Shown here piece after piece: positions 43,990 through 54,124 of a DNA stretch of 64,000 nucleotides (its first letter is position 1; each line of letters begins with the position of its first letter). Source of the DNA: a virus; the IMG/VR virus record IMGVR_UViG_3300020158_000335, positions 1-64,000 of that record; one strand, given 5' to 3'. The notes under the pieces were generated by a model. It saw only the letters and a program-made list of their open reading frames with translations. It ran no database searches and was not told where the DNA came from. A program made the position numbers and the translations under genes.

Positions 43990-45591
43990 TTAAATCGCGT
44001 TGATGTTCAGCGTCATGAAATATTCCCGGCCATTGAATGGCTGTAGGTCGCGATACGCCAGTTCCCACAGAGTGTTTTTGTAGGTCAAATCTCTCTGGAT
44101 TGCATGGCGGAATGACATTGCGGGGATCGCATCACCCATGACATATCCGGATTCACCAATGCCCCTGCCTTTTGCATAACAGAGGCAGGTATAATCGGTT
44201 GCATTCGGGTCACAGTAGAGTTCCCAGGTATCAAACAGCGTGCCCACATAGTGAGGCTGCGGTACGGATTTATATCCGGATGCAGGGGTAAAATACGGTG
44301 CTGGCATAGACCGGAAAATGGTAGAAGACATAGAATCTGCAACAACACCGACAAGCCCGGACGTTCCGGTTCTTAGCAGTAAGGTCGAATCGACTCTCAG
44401 AAGCGCCTCAAGCAAGCCCTTCCAGTAATAATGGATGTCGCCCAGGTTATCCACGGCCGCCTTGTCCCAGGTTTCCTCACCTTTGGCAAAAAAGACCAAA
44501 TCCCGGAGAACTTTTCTGTCTTTGTCCGCTGCCAGAAGGTTTCTCATGGACGTGGTTACAAGCTGCTCAGAGTTCAAATCGAATTCCCGGCGAACTGCCC
44601 AAAGCGCCTGGAGTGTGGTATCTCCGGAGATTGCGGCTTCGTGGGGATATAAAACCCTTGAATCCATTTCGGTATTGACCAAAGGAATCAAGGTCGGTGC
44701 TTTTTCAATATCCACGTCAAATCCGATATGAACAGCAATACCGTTTGCCGGAGCAATACTGAAAGTCGGGTCAACGACGCCTGTCGCATAAACAACTGTC
44801 CCGGTAACTGTTACGGTAGAACCACCGACAACAAATGACCCGGAGAGATTGCCCAAACCGTCGTCTTTTGCTACCTGGTTATGATCGTGAAAAATCTTGA
44901 TGGATTTTTTCTTCATCGGGTGAACCGCGCCGAATTTAACGTTCGAGTCGAACTTGAACTCATCAGCCGATCCCGTATTAGTGCCGTCCCCGGTGCCTGC
45001 AAGGTGCCGCTGATCCATACTGGAATACTGGCCCTGGTAATCAAAATTAAGCTGTTGGCCCAGGGTGATGTCCCCAAAGGTGCTGCCTGCAACTCGATTG
45101 ATTTTGAAAACTTCGGACTGGTTGTAGCTCCCAGGGATGAAAGAAACGATATTTCCGCAAACGCTGTTCAGCATTACGGGTAGGATAAGGCCAATCAGCC
45201 TATCTCTCATAAGCACGCCGTCCGTGGTAGCCATATCAGCGGATTCAAAGACCATCCCACCAGGTGCGGGCGCTTTGCCAGCCATCACGTCGAACGCGTT
45301 ACAGATAGCAGCGTGAGCGCTTGCAAGCTGTTCATCGGTAGGCTGTTTGTGCCTTCGCGCCATATACCGAAGTACGGCATTTGCAGCAGTTCCCTGCACG
45401 GTTCCAGCCGTTTTTCCAGCCATTTCAAAAATACTGCCGCTGGTTTTGGCGTTCAGGTTAGCATCCCGAACGGCCTTGTCTTTGATAAGATTGCCACTTC
45501 CGGCCATGTCAATCATGGGGTCTATGAGACACTCTCTCATGTGTTCTGCGCGGGTCGTGATATCCGCAACTCTATTTTTGTACGCTTCCAT
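43990..45591 (-). CDS. Major capsid protein (P1 gp23-like)
   Basis: 533 aa; LILPV.L, VAGSTFG, DIEKAP.LIP..N.E and QPHYVGTLF. Confidence 0.85.
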   Translation of the reverse strand: MEAYKNRVADITTRAEHMRECLIDPMIDMAGSGNLIKDKAVRDANLNAKTSGSIFEMAGKTAGTVQGTAANAVLRYMARRHKQPTDEQLASAHAAICNAFDVMAGKAPAPGGMVFESADMATTDGVLMRDRLIGLILPVMLNSVCGNIVSFIPGSYNQSEVFKINRVAGSTFGDITLGQQLNFDYQGQYSSMDQRHLAGTGDGTNTGSADEFKFDSNVKFGAVHPMKKKSIKIFHDHNQVAKDDGLGNLSGSFVVGGSTVTVTGTVVYATGVVDPTFSIAPANGIAVHIGFDVDIEKAPTLIPLVNTEMDSRVLYPHEAAISGDTTLQALWAVRREFDLNSEQLVTTSMRNLLAADKDRKVLRDLVFFAKGEETWDKAAVDNLGDIHYYWKGLLEALLRVDSTLLLRTGTSGLVGVVADSMSSTIFRSMPAPYFTPASGYKSVPQPHYVGTLFDTWELYCDPNATDYTCLCYAKGRGIGESGYVMGDAIPAMSFRHAIQRDLTYKNTLWELAYRDLQPFNGREYFMTLNINAI

Positions 45592-45690
45592 AGGTGCTTA
45601 TCCTTCTATTTTGGGTTGATATTTTTGTGCATTCAGTTTGAATGATTGCTTATTTACGTGTTTTTAGAAGGATGTAAAGACAACCGTAGG

Positions 45691-45706
45691 CAGATACGGC
45701 TATGTA
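45691..45706. promoter_or_regulatory. 16-bp operator, copy 5
   Basis: CAGATACGGCTATGTA. Confidence 0.6.
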
Positions 45707-45833
45707 GATTTAAAGTTGTTTTTTTGTTTGCAGGGGGCGGTTTTAGGGTCAAAAATGGGGGAGGGATAAAACAAAAACGGCCCGCTGATTGAAAACCAGC
45801 AGGCCGGGGGTTATGGATGGGGGTGTCGGGGTG

Positions 45834-48347
45834 TTATTCGTTGGATAAAGCCGGATCGTCTCTACAAAATGGCCGATACACAAGTTTTTTCGTGTCGTTC
45901 GGGTCAACTTCGACTGGGATGTTCAGGTCATCTTCGTCTGGAGTGGTTAGCACATGGCTCCGATCATACACAGCCTCTCTATATTGATTTTGGTTGCATT
46001 TTGGTTCTTGTAGCCCGACGGGATACCAATAATATTTTTCAATGTCGTATGGGTCTTCAGGGTCGTAAGTGTAAACATATACAATTCCATAAACACAAAT
46101 CATATCGCCAATTTCCGGGTTGTCCGGCTTTATGGCTTTATAAGGCGATTCACCTGGCCTGTTTACCATACGGAAGTCTGCTGCCTTTTTTAGCATAAAT
46201 TTAGATATCAGATGATCATTATCTGGGTAATAGTCTTTTATATCGGTGTCATCAGAAAATCCACTTGAATAAGTGCTGCTATCAAACCCAGGCGGGAAAG
46301 CCATACCTGTGAGACTGGAAACCCCCTTATCTACCTGGTTGTACATAGATATTGCGGTTTTGCAAAAACTCATTTCTTGCACCATTGTGGCGCTCATTGC
46401 TGTGAGTTTGTCAATCTGGCTTTGAATACCATAGGACCCGAAACTACCAGCGACCTTGTTCTTTAGGAAATATTCAATCGTCTTCGCGTATTTGTTTCCA
46501 GAAATCAACGCACAGCCCGCACTTGACAATGTTGAGGCAATTGCTTCCAATTGAGATTTCATTTGATCAACATTTCTTTTTGCCTGACTGATAGAGCTTA
46601 ACTTCGACGCGATATCGTTTACCATTCCCTCCGCCTTTGATACCGGTTTGGCCTGTATTACAGAAACGGTTTTAATGTCACTGCCAGCCTCCACCTTAAC
46701 CTGTGCCGTTCTCTCCGCACCGGTGTTCGCCGTGGCATAAACTCGGGTGCATCCATCATTGGTGCCGCTGGCTTCTTCTTCGAAAATGAATGACAACCAA
46801 GTGCATGGTAGCACAATGGTAGCAGTCCATGGCATATCCCCATCACCGATCTTGGAAATGTTAAACTGGGCTGTACCACCATCTCCTGATACAGATATGC
46901 TGGATGGCGACACAGATAATTTGGGGGGAAGGGGCGACGAAGCACTCGCCTGTATCACAGACACAGTTTTAATATCGCCGCCAGCATCTACCTTAACCTG
47001 TGCCGTCCTCTCTGCGCCTGTATTCGATGTAAAGCTACAAGTGACGGTTGCTGCATCAGTTCCACTGTCCCGTGAGTTGATTGAAAGCCAACTGCTGGCA
47101 GGGGTCACTGCGACAGTCCATGCCATATTGCCTGTTCCAGTATTGGTAATATCGAAGGTGGTCGTGCCTGCAATCTTTGATACAGCCAGAATTGTTGGCG
47201 TTACATCCAATTTGGGTAATGACCCATCTGCTTGTACCACATCAACCCAGTCACCATTCCAGGTTGTGGGGACGGACGCAGTAACTTGAACCATCGCCCT
47301 TCGTATGCCACCGTCATTGGCAGTAAAACTGCAAACGATGTCACCGGCATCCGTGCCATTTGCACCCGATATAATTGAAAGCCAATCTGGGCTACCCAAA
47401 GTCACCAGTACGCGAGCTTCCCAAGGCATGGTCCCGGCACCGATGTTTGAGACTTTGATTGTAGCTGTCCCGGCACCTTTAGTGACAGATGTATCATGTG
47501 GTTCTATAATTAATTCCGGCTGTGTCGGTGTTTGTGATTCCTGTTCCACGAGTAATTCCACCGGGCTGCCAGCAGCGCCGATAGCAGTCACGAAAATCTT
47601 ATTGACTGTTGGCGATAAGCTTGTGATCGGAGTTTTTGTGGCTCTGCAAGTGATAGTCCCGGTGTTGCTTCCACTGGTGCCAGACGTGATTGAAAACCAA
47701 CTGACGCAAACGGCACGGGCTGTCCAAGGCATGACACCAGCCCCTGTGTTGGAAACATCGAATGTTACTATGCCACCTTCTTTTGGGATAGTCCGGCTGG
47801 TCGGTGTTACGGACAAACTGGGCGGTCCATCACGGTATTCCAGCACACTCTCAACATCTATATCCCAATTTATTGTATCATACCACTTATTGTAAGTCGC
47901 TGCGTCCATCCCAATCTGCAATTTATTATAGTAAACAGAAGAATACTTTCCGCCTGTTACATATACATAAAGCCATCCAGCCTGGTACACAGAGACGTAA
48001 GTACCTCCTTGCAATACCTGATTTATAATCGTTAATTTTCCTTCATTATTTTCGGATATGAGTTGGTCTGAAGCCAGAAGTTGGTCTAACGTCCTGGACT
48101 GCGGAGCAAAATAATCCTGCGGAATACTGAATGTGGTCGGGAGAATTCTCTGCCTGGCGATTGCCGTCTGACCGCCATACTCATAAATTGCCAGATATAT
48201 GTAATTGGTCCCGGGCGGAATGAAAACTCGAAATTTTGATTGATATCCGGCAACTGTGACTTCCGGCATCTGGCAATACCCTGTTGTATCACCCACCGCT
48301 CTGCCATAATCACCATTAAGCGATAAATATAGTGTTGGGTTTCCCAT
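45834..48347 (-). CDS. Protein with four BACON/Ig-like repeats
   Basis: Four L.V.P...G...F.(V/I)SN.G.G.M.W......W....SG...N.G.ER.A.V.V....V.Q repeats. Confidence 0.75.
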   Translation of the reverse strand: MGNPTLYLSLNGDYGRAVGDTTGYCQMPEVTVAGYQSKFRVFIPPGTNYIYLAIYEYGGQTAIARQRILPTTFSIPQDYFAPQSRTLDQLLASDQLISENNEGKLTIINQVLQGGTYVSVYQAGWLYVYVTGGKYSSVYYNKLQIGMDAATYNKWYDTINWDIDVESVLEYRDGPPSLSVTPTSRTIPKEGGIVTFDVSNTGAGVMPWTARAVCVSWFSITSGTSGSNTGTITCRATKTPITSLSPTVNKIFVTAIGAAGSPVELLVEQESQTPTQPELIIEPHDTSVTKGAGTATIKVSNIGAGTMPWEARVLVTLGSPDWLSIISGANGTDAGDIVCSFTANDGGIRRAMVQVTASVPTTWNGDWVDVVQADGSLPKLDVTPTILAVSKIAGTTTFDITNTGTGNMAWTVAVTPASSWLSINSRDSGTDAATVTCSFTSNTGAERTAQVKVDAGGDIKTVSVIQASASSPLPPKLSVSPSSISVSGDGGTAQFNISKIGDGDMPWTATIVLPCTWLSFIFEEEASGTNDGCTRVYATANTGAERTAQVKVEAGSDIKTVSVIQAKPVSKAEGMVNDIASKLSSISQAKRNVDQMKSQLEAIASTLSSAGCALISGNKYAKTIEYFLKNKVAGSFGSYGIQSQIDKLTAMSATMVQEMSFCKTAISMYNQVDKGVSSLTGMAFPPGFDSSTYSSGFSDDTDIKDYYPDNDHLISKFMLKKAADFRMVNRPGESPYKAIKPDNPEIGDMICVYGIVYVYTYDPEDPYDIEKYYWYPVGLQEPKCNQNQYREAVYDRSHVLTTPDEDDLNIPVEVDPNDTKKLVYRPFCRDDPALSNE

Positions 48348-48869
48348 TTATTCTTCTTCCTTCACGTCATAAATCAGTTTGATTCCAAGTTCATCGTACA
48401 ATGTCAGCATCGCCATTTCAACATTCTGGCGTAATTCCTGTGTCTGATCCCTGAAACCATCGTCAACAAGGTGATCGTGATCGTTGATCTTTCTGAAATG
48501 GATTTCTTTATACGCCGTTTTGACGTACTCAATAGACATCTCACGCATAGAATAGGCGAGGCCATACATTCCGGCAGCGGCAGTGTAAGCGATTGTGTCG
48601 ATTATAGTCCTGTCACTTACTACCCATCCGTACCTGCGGCTGGCGTTTAATTCAGCGACCATTTGTGAGTTGAAAATCCATAACTGAGCCTCAAAACTCG
48701 GTATAGTATTCTCCTTGCTCACAATCGGGTATGGACACAGCCGGGCTGTCTCAAGGATGATGCCTACCTCGTTTTTCTGACTGAGCTTTAATTGATGTGC
48801 CATGAGATAGACAGCAGTTGTTTTTCCAACCCCATGACTGCCAGAGAATGCGATGATATTTGGTTCCAT
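48348..48869 (-). CDS. P-loop kinase / AAA_28-type ATPase
   Basis: GSHGVGKTT, SDRTIID and DDGFR. Confidence 0.75.
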   Translation of the reverse strand: MEPNIIAFSGSHGVGKTTAVYLMAHQLKLSQKNEVGIILETARLCPYPIVSKENTIPSFEAQLWIFNSQMVAELNASRRYGWVVSDRTIIDTIAYTAAAGMYGLAYSMREMSIEYVKTAYKEIHFRKINDHDHLVDDGFRDQTQELRQNVEMAMLTLYDELGIKLIYDVKEEE

Positions 48870-48871
48870 TA

Positions 48872-49165
48872 TTATTGAATAACCTCCGAATCGGTTTCTC
48901 CCGAAAATGTTCCAGGCGTTTGGTTCTCTGTAATCATCAGAATATCATCAATTTTAATCTGAAATGTACACCAGTCCTGGGTATCATACCATTGCCATAT
49001 TATGGTCTCCCGTCTCAGTCTGCCCACAAACTGAAAGGTGCCATGTTTGGTATAAATCTTGAAATTTTTCATGTTTTCTGTCATTTTACCCCGCAGTAAC
49101 GTCTGGACTTCCATTTTTGAGGACGCCCATGTAATCGCCGGTGAAGATATCACCAGCCCTTGCAA
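48872..49165 (-). CDS. Hypothetical protein (start probably at MTEN)
   Basis: Fills the operon gap. Confidence 0.35.
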   Translation of the reverse strand: MQGLVISSPAITWASSKMEVQTLLRGKMTENMKNFKIYTKHGTFQFVGRLRRETIIWQWYDTQDWCTFQIKIDDILMITENQTPGTFSGETDSEVIQ

Positions 49166-49379
49166 CTGATTTGCCGTTCACTATCATTGTGGCGCTTGAC
49201 TTTATTTTCCCGGTATGCCCGCAGCCGTCCGCTTTAACAATATCGGTATCTCTTGCAGCGCCTTTGCCGTTGATAATGACATTCTCTGATGCCGAGTCGA
49301 TTTTTCCGGCGACCTGTTTTCTGCAAACGGTGCATATCCCATCCGTAACATCGCCTTTTCTGCATATTGCAGCACTCAT
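49086..49379 (-). CDS. PAAR spike-tip protein
   Basis: CRKGD, NVIINGKGAARDTD, CGH.G.I, VARAGD and GSPDV. Confidence 0.85.
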   Translation of the reverse strand: MSAAICRKGDVTDGICTVCRKQVAGKIDSASENVIINGKGAARDTDIVKADGCGHTGKIKSSATMIVNGKSVARAGDIFTGDYMGVLKNGSPDVTAG

Positions 49380-50173
49380 TATGAAAAATCCAAATCTGAT
49401 GTACCGTCCCAAGTCATTATTTTATCAGCGATTGCATTGCCTTGGGCAACTGTGCCAGCGATAGCCGTCTGCACCTCGGATGATTGGGCTGTCCATAGTG
49501 GCATGACATCCTGGTCAATGGTCATGTTCATGCCGGTCATCATCCCCTCAATCTTGTCCGAATAACCGCCAATAGCACCGCAGCCCAATTCCAGGCAATC
49601 CGCAAGATCGTTCATCAGATCAATTCCATCCAGTATCCCCGATGATTTCAACATCTTCTTATATCCCATTTCCGCACCGGCAATCAGACCGCCTATGCCC
49701 ATTTTGGCCATACCCTGATCCAAAAAAGCCATAGCATTTGCCCGTACCTGGCCGATAACCAGGGCTTTCAGTCTGCCAGTTATTTTGGATACATCTGTCA
49801 CCCCGGACATTGACGCCAAGTCGATCCCGATTGCCGCCTCTATCAATGGGTTGCTTAGGATTGACTTTATACAGGTGGGCAGAGTAAGGCCACCAGACCC
49901 AATTGAGTCAAGGCTGTCTTGGATATTTTCCATCCAGCCTTCCAAATCGCCGAATGTATCGGCTATCCCTGAAAGCCCCAAGCTGGCGATCATCTCGGTC
50001 TTAAGGTCATCAAACACAGTTTCCGCAATCCCGAATGCGTCGGCTTTGGCATTTTTAATCATCCCGTTTAAGGTTGCCATCATCTTCTGCGGGGCTTTTG
50101 CAAGGGCGGTCACTTCACCTGCTATCTTGTCAAACTCCCCGACAAGCATCTGGCAATTGGTTGATATTGACAT
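49379..50173 (-). CDS. Helical virion protein, possibly P1 UpfB-like
   Basis: Size and position next to the PAAR gene. Confidence 0.4.
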   Translation of the reverse strand: MSISTNCQMLVGEFDKIAGEVTALAKAPQKMMATLNGMIKNAKADAFGIAETVFDDLKTEMIASLGLSGIADTFGDLEGWMENIQDSLDSIGSGGLTLPTCIKSILSNPLIEAAIGIDLASMSGVTDVSKITGRLKALVIGQVRANAMAFLDQGMAKMGIGGLIAGAEMGYKKMLKSSGILDGIDLMNDLADCLELGCGAIGGYSDKIEGMMTGMNMTIDQDVMPLWTAQSSEVQTAIAGTVAQGNAIADKIMTWDGTSDLDFS

Positions 50174-50174
50174 A

Positions 50175-50975
50175 TCAATTAATCTCCACTTTGGGCGCCT
50201 TAATAACTACCGTTGAATCTGATGTTATGAAGACTTTCTTCACGCCAGAAATGCTATGCTGCCCTTTGGTATTTTCCGCCACATTGCCCATAACGTTCTG
50301 GAGTTTATCACCCAAAGCCGTGATAGACATGTCACCGTGGATAGCGTTTTCCTGATTCATTTTTGTGGATAAAAACAGCGAATTCTCGGCATGGATAATG
50401 ATGTCACCTGTTTTGGTTATTTCGATATTGGACCCGGATACACCTTTGTTATCGGCATCGTTTGTGTTGGTGATCCGGACGGTGCCATCAGATAATATCT
50501 CGACAACAACGCCGTTTTGCTTGAACACACAAGGCGGTTTTTTTAGATCGCCCCTGCCCCCTGACAGGCTTTCGTCTGGTGTGAGTGGATCGTTAAGTCC
50601 TGTCCTATATGGAGTGCTTCTGCCATCTGAGGCGGGCCATGATTCATTCGGCATTAATGGCTTACTTTCCGGGCAGTAATGAACACTCCCGGTAATTCTC
50701 GGACGCCGGGTGTCAGAATTGAACGGGAAGTCAACCCAAACGATATCACCCGATTTGACCGGGATAAAAAACCCGTCCGAAACCCTCGACCCAGCAGGCA
50801 GCCGGTACGTGGCCCACGGCAAGTCTGCCGCTGGGACATCGCCGGTGAAAAGTTCCTGCACCCGCACCTGTACCCGCATTAATTCATCATGTATGCCGGT
50901 TTCCACTGTTCCCATATACTCCCCCGAATATTGGCGCTTCGGGGTTTGTGGCATTGGAATATATTCGTCACTCAT
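50175..50975 (-). CDS. Baseplate spike (gp5/gpV OB-fold)
   Basis: MRVQVRV, LPWA, P...GD.VWVDF..D...P.I.G and a beta-helix C-terminus. Confidence 0.85.
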   Translation of the reverse strand: MSDEYIPMPQTPKRQYSGEYMGTVETGIHDELMRVQVRVQELFTGDVPAADLPWATYRLPAGSRVSDGFFIPVKSGDIVWVDFPFNSDTRRPRITGSVHYCPESKPLMPNESWPASDGRSTPYRTGLNDPLTPDESLSGGRGDLKKPPCVFKQNGVVVEILSDGTVRITNTNDADNKGVSGSNIEITKTGDIIIHAENSLFLSTKMNQENAIHGDMSITALGDKLQNVMGNVAENTKGQHSISGVKKVFITSDSTVVIKAPKVEIN

Positions 50976-52039
50976 TATTTATCTCCCATAATCTGCACCA
51001 ATTTTACTCGGCAAAAATAATTTGATGCACCAGCGCTATAATGTGCAACTGATCCGACAATAGCCTGTGTCGGGAGGCTTTCGTCTAAAAAAGAATCTGA
51101 ATAACTATCATCCAGACTCCATTGAAATTTTAATGATATTCCGGGCATCAAATGCCCAGCTCCGCCTGTCATAATATCCAGTACAGGCACAGCCATCAAC
51201 GATAAATTATCGAGTATCTCAATCTTATCGTAGGCTGTAACCTCACTCGCTGCTTTATCGTTTTTGGTGGAATAGATGAAACCTTTAAGGATGTTGAATC
51301 CTGAATATTTTCTCACTATGCGATCCGCCACCAGGTTCTCTCGGTTGATATGCGTATAATCTATGATCTGATATGCCGCTAATGGATTTTTAAAACGAAA
51401 AACTCTATTATCCGGAATGCGCTTATTTATTTCATCCAAAGATAGAAAATTCAGTACGCCTCGTGAGAAGAAAACAGCAGCCCCATGCTCGATAGCTATT
51501 TGCCGTAGCAGCATGGTCGGACGTTCGCCAGGCAGCAGATGGTATGAATTCTGGAGAACGATACGGTTGTCAATTTTGAGTTTAACGGATGGATCGGTTG
51601 TCGGTGAGTTGACATGTGTCAGCGCCAAGACGATTGGTTTCAAGCTGCCGATTGACAATGAAAAAATTCGAGCAGTTACAGCCGGTTTTTTCATGTCTGC
51701 TACCGCTTTCAGCAGACAATTCAGCGTAACCACCTCGCCATTGACCGGCATACTCATAATTTCGAAATCGGCGGTGTAACTCATTTCTTTTTTCTGGAGT
51801 AAATCAGCAAGTACGCATTGCAGAACGTTTCCGACCTTAATTTTCATGACGTTGCGCAGGATCGACAGCGAATCATCAAATTTCAGAATCAGTCTGGGGC
51901 CGGATAGGTCCATCGTTTCGATGAAACATGTTTCACGGCAAAATGATATATCAAGTTCCTGTGCCGCAGTTCCAGAATCAGCAGGAGGAACAGTCGTGAT
52001 TTTTTGCAGCAGAGGCGCTCTGGTATCTTTATCAGCCAC
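50975..52039 (-). CDS. Baseplate hub (P1 gp6-like)
   Basis: IET..LSGP.L.L and YHL.PGERP..LLRQ.A.E.GA. Confidence 0.7.
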   Translation of the reverse strand: MADKDTRAPLLQKITTVPPADSGTAAQELDISFCRETCFIETMDLSGPRLILKFDDSLSILRNVMKIKVGNVLQCVLADLLQKKEMSYTADFEIMSMPVNGEVVTLNCLLKAVADMKKPAVTARIFSLSIGSLKPIVLALTHVNSPTTDPSVKLKIDNRIVLQNSYHLLPGERPTMLLRQIAIEHGAAVFFSRGVLNFLSLDEINKRIPDNRVFRFKNPLAAYQIIDYTHINRENLVADRIVRKYSGFNILKGFIYSTKNDKAASEVTAYDKIEILDNLSLMAVPVLDIMTGGAGHLMPGISLKFQWSLDDSYSDSFLDESLPTQAIVGSVAHYSAGASNYFCRVKLVQIMGDK

Positions 52040-52754
52040 TACATCTCTCCCCTATGGATTTGTCACAGTTGGCAAAGCCGCCCCATGATCCCTCAAGGGT
52101 GATCTGGTTTGGATACAATGCAGGCGATAATTCAGCACCGAACAAAACAGATGTCTCAATTGTCAACAGGGTGTCCACTGCGAAAAGACGGCCTTCTGTT
52201 TTGGGGATTGAAATATCTGAAAACATTATCGTATAAGGGTCTCGAACGGCGGCTCCGACATCGAATGCCTCGCCTGCAAGCTCATATTGAATCGTGAACC
52301 GTGTTTTCTTGATTACATACTGATACCAGGCGACCTGCATTTTGTCTAATGACAGCTTATCCCAGGCGGCGAAAACAATATGGTAATCAAGCACAAGTGG
52401 AGACATTGTGATGTCAAAAAGCTTTGTTCCATTCGTGACGACCTTTTTGGGGAAATTGCGGGTGTCGCCGTTGGTCATGCCTGGTTTCCGGTAATAATAA
52501 GCGACTGGAAGCTGTGGGAGGCGCAATTTTACGCCGTCAACCACCGTTTCAGTTTTCCCGGAACTGGATAGGTTCTTGAGGAATTCGGCGGGTGTGTCGG
52601 TTTCTTCCCGGAATATTTTCTTGTTTACTGCACGGGTTAAAAACTCCCGCCATTGTTTGGGGCCTGTGTTCGGGTTAAGACCTTCGAACGCCCCCATGAT
52701 ATATGCGCCCAGGGAGAAATCCACGGCTTGTAATTCTGAGAATTCGTTATCCAT
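52032..52754 (-). CDS. P1 gp24-like tail terminator protein
   Basis: Synteny; EFL.R, LPV and EGRLFAV. Confidence 0.6.
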   Translation of the reverse strand: MDNEFSELQAVDFSLGAYIMGAFEGLNPNTGPKQWREFLTRAVNKKIFREETDTPAEFLKNLSSSGKTETVVDGVKLRLPQLPVAYYYRKPGMTNGDTRNFPKKVVTNGTKLFDITMSPLVLDYHIVFAAWDKLSLDKMQVAWYQYVIKKTRFTIQYELAGEAFDVGAAVRDPYTIMFSDISIPKTEGRLFAVDTLLTIETSVLFGAELSPALYPNQITLEGSWGGFANCDKSIGERCSG

Positions 52755-53643
52755 TTGACACCCCTATTTGCAATTGAAGCGGTTTTTTACTCTGCCAGAT
52801 TCGGAGCTGTGTGTGATAGGCGTCAAACAGCGAATTGATTTCTTTTTCACTCAGGCCCAGCTTGCCGCTGCTTTTATGTAAATTGCATAATCTACAGATC
52901 GCCCACGTTTGATTTAATGCCCTTTCGTGCCGGTTAATCGCATGATCGACGCTGAATGTGTCATTGGGGTTCCTGGACGCATCAATTATTCGAGTTTTGC
53001 ATATAGGGCATTGGCCGTCAAAATGATCTGATACAAACATCAGGTGCGTTCTTCTATCAGATTTTGATACGTTCCGTCTGGTCAACGGGATAACGTTTTT
53101 GAAATTGGATATTTCGACCTTAATATCCGCAACATCGTTTTTGATAACAGAGACATCGTCTTCAACCTTTTCTACCCTGTTATCTATTACACAGACCTTT
53201 CCGTTCATGGATTCCAAAAGTATCTGTTGTCTTTTTTGTAAATCCAGATAGTCCGAATGTATCCGCTCTTGAAGGAGGACATACCTGTCAGTTATGCTTA
53301 ATTGCGTTTCTGTAAGAGATACTGCCAGGTTGAAAGCTTCTATATACGCCTCTTTGAATTGCGCGGCCTTCGTCCCGGTGAACCCCATCACCAGGAACGA
53401 GAAACCATCACGGGAAAGGTCGTACATCTTTTGTTCTTTGTTCTGTGAAGTGATATAAGAGGATACAGTAAAATTCCTGTATCTAAACTCTTGAGAACAT
53501 TCAAGCTTTTCTATCTTATCCAGAACGTCAAAATGGTTCTTCCCAAACACCTCAGCAATATTCAAGCTGGTAGTCCACTGTTTCCCGTCGCGCTCGAATA
53601 TCTTCACCCTGTCGATAATCGTCAATTCTTTTATTTTACTCAT
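52747..53643 (-). CDS. Rha-family regulator fused to an HNH-like domain
   Basis: TSL.IAEVFGK.H..VL and DGF.FLVMGFTG.KAA.FK.AYI.AFN; C-terminal CPIC...VDH...CRLCN. Confidence 0.85.
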   Translation of the reverse strand: MSKIKELTIIDRVKIFERDGKQWTTSLNIAEVFGKNHFDVLDKIEKLECSQEFRYRNFTVSSYITSQNKEQKMYDLSRDGFSFLVMGFTGTKAAQFKEAYIEAFNLAVSLTETQLSITDRYVLLQERIHSDYLDLQKRQQILLESMNGKVCVIDNRVEKVEDDVSVIKNDVADIKVEISNFKNVIPLTRRNVSKSDRRTHLMFVSDHFDGQCPICKTRIIDASRNPNDTFSVDHAINRHERALNQTWAICRLCNLHKSSGKLGLSEKEINSLFDAYHTQLRIWQSKKPLQLQIGVSNG

Positions 53644-54124
53644 GCGTTAATGTCCCCTCATCATCAAAAAACGGAATCAGGTAATGTCTCATCGCAATTG
53701 CCGGGGCCTGCCCGACCGCCTCCGACTTCACGATGTAAAGTGAAATCGTCTGTATTTCAGTCTCGCTGATATATTCGTCATATTGGATGACGGATCCCCT
53801 GGGGATTTCCCGCTCCTTTATCAGCATGACAATCGGCACATCGTAATCCCCCTGCTGCGCCCCGCTGTCCATCGCCTGAATACCCTGGAAGTCAAACGGC
53901 AGGAATATTCCACGGGTATCAATCGGATCATCATATTCGATTGCCCGTTCATCAGCTTCAAGGGAACCCACCACGTCCTCAGTCTCGACAACGGTTTCAG
54001 GATTGCCGATTAATGCTTTAAACAACAGCATATCAATAGCATCCGGGTACTGATCAAACATCACATCCAGATCATCGGATATCAGGGTATTTGTTGCGCG
54101 GTAATCTCGTATTGATGCAGACAT
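53636..54124 (-). CDS. P1 gp7-like head-closure/tail protein
   Basis: PDA.D.LLF, Y.DP, IP.GS.. and Y.IP; synteny. Confidence 0.6.
   Translation of the reverse strand: MSASIRDYRATNTLISDDLDVMFDQYPDAIDMLLFKALIGNPETVVETEDVVGSLEADERAIEYDDPIDTRGIFLPFDFQGIQAMDSGAQQGDYDVPIVMLIKEREIPRGSVIQYDEYISETEIQTISLYIVKSEAVGQAPAIAMRHYLIPFFDDEGTLTHE

Noticed and set aside
39290-52039. T6SS or extracellular contractile injection system
   Set aside because: Capsid, portal, protease and terminase are present, so this is a phage tail.
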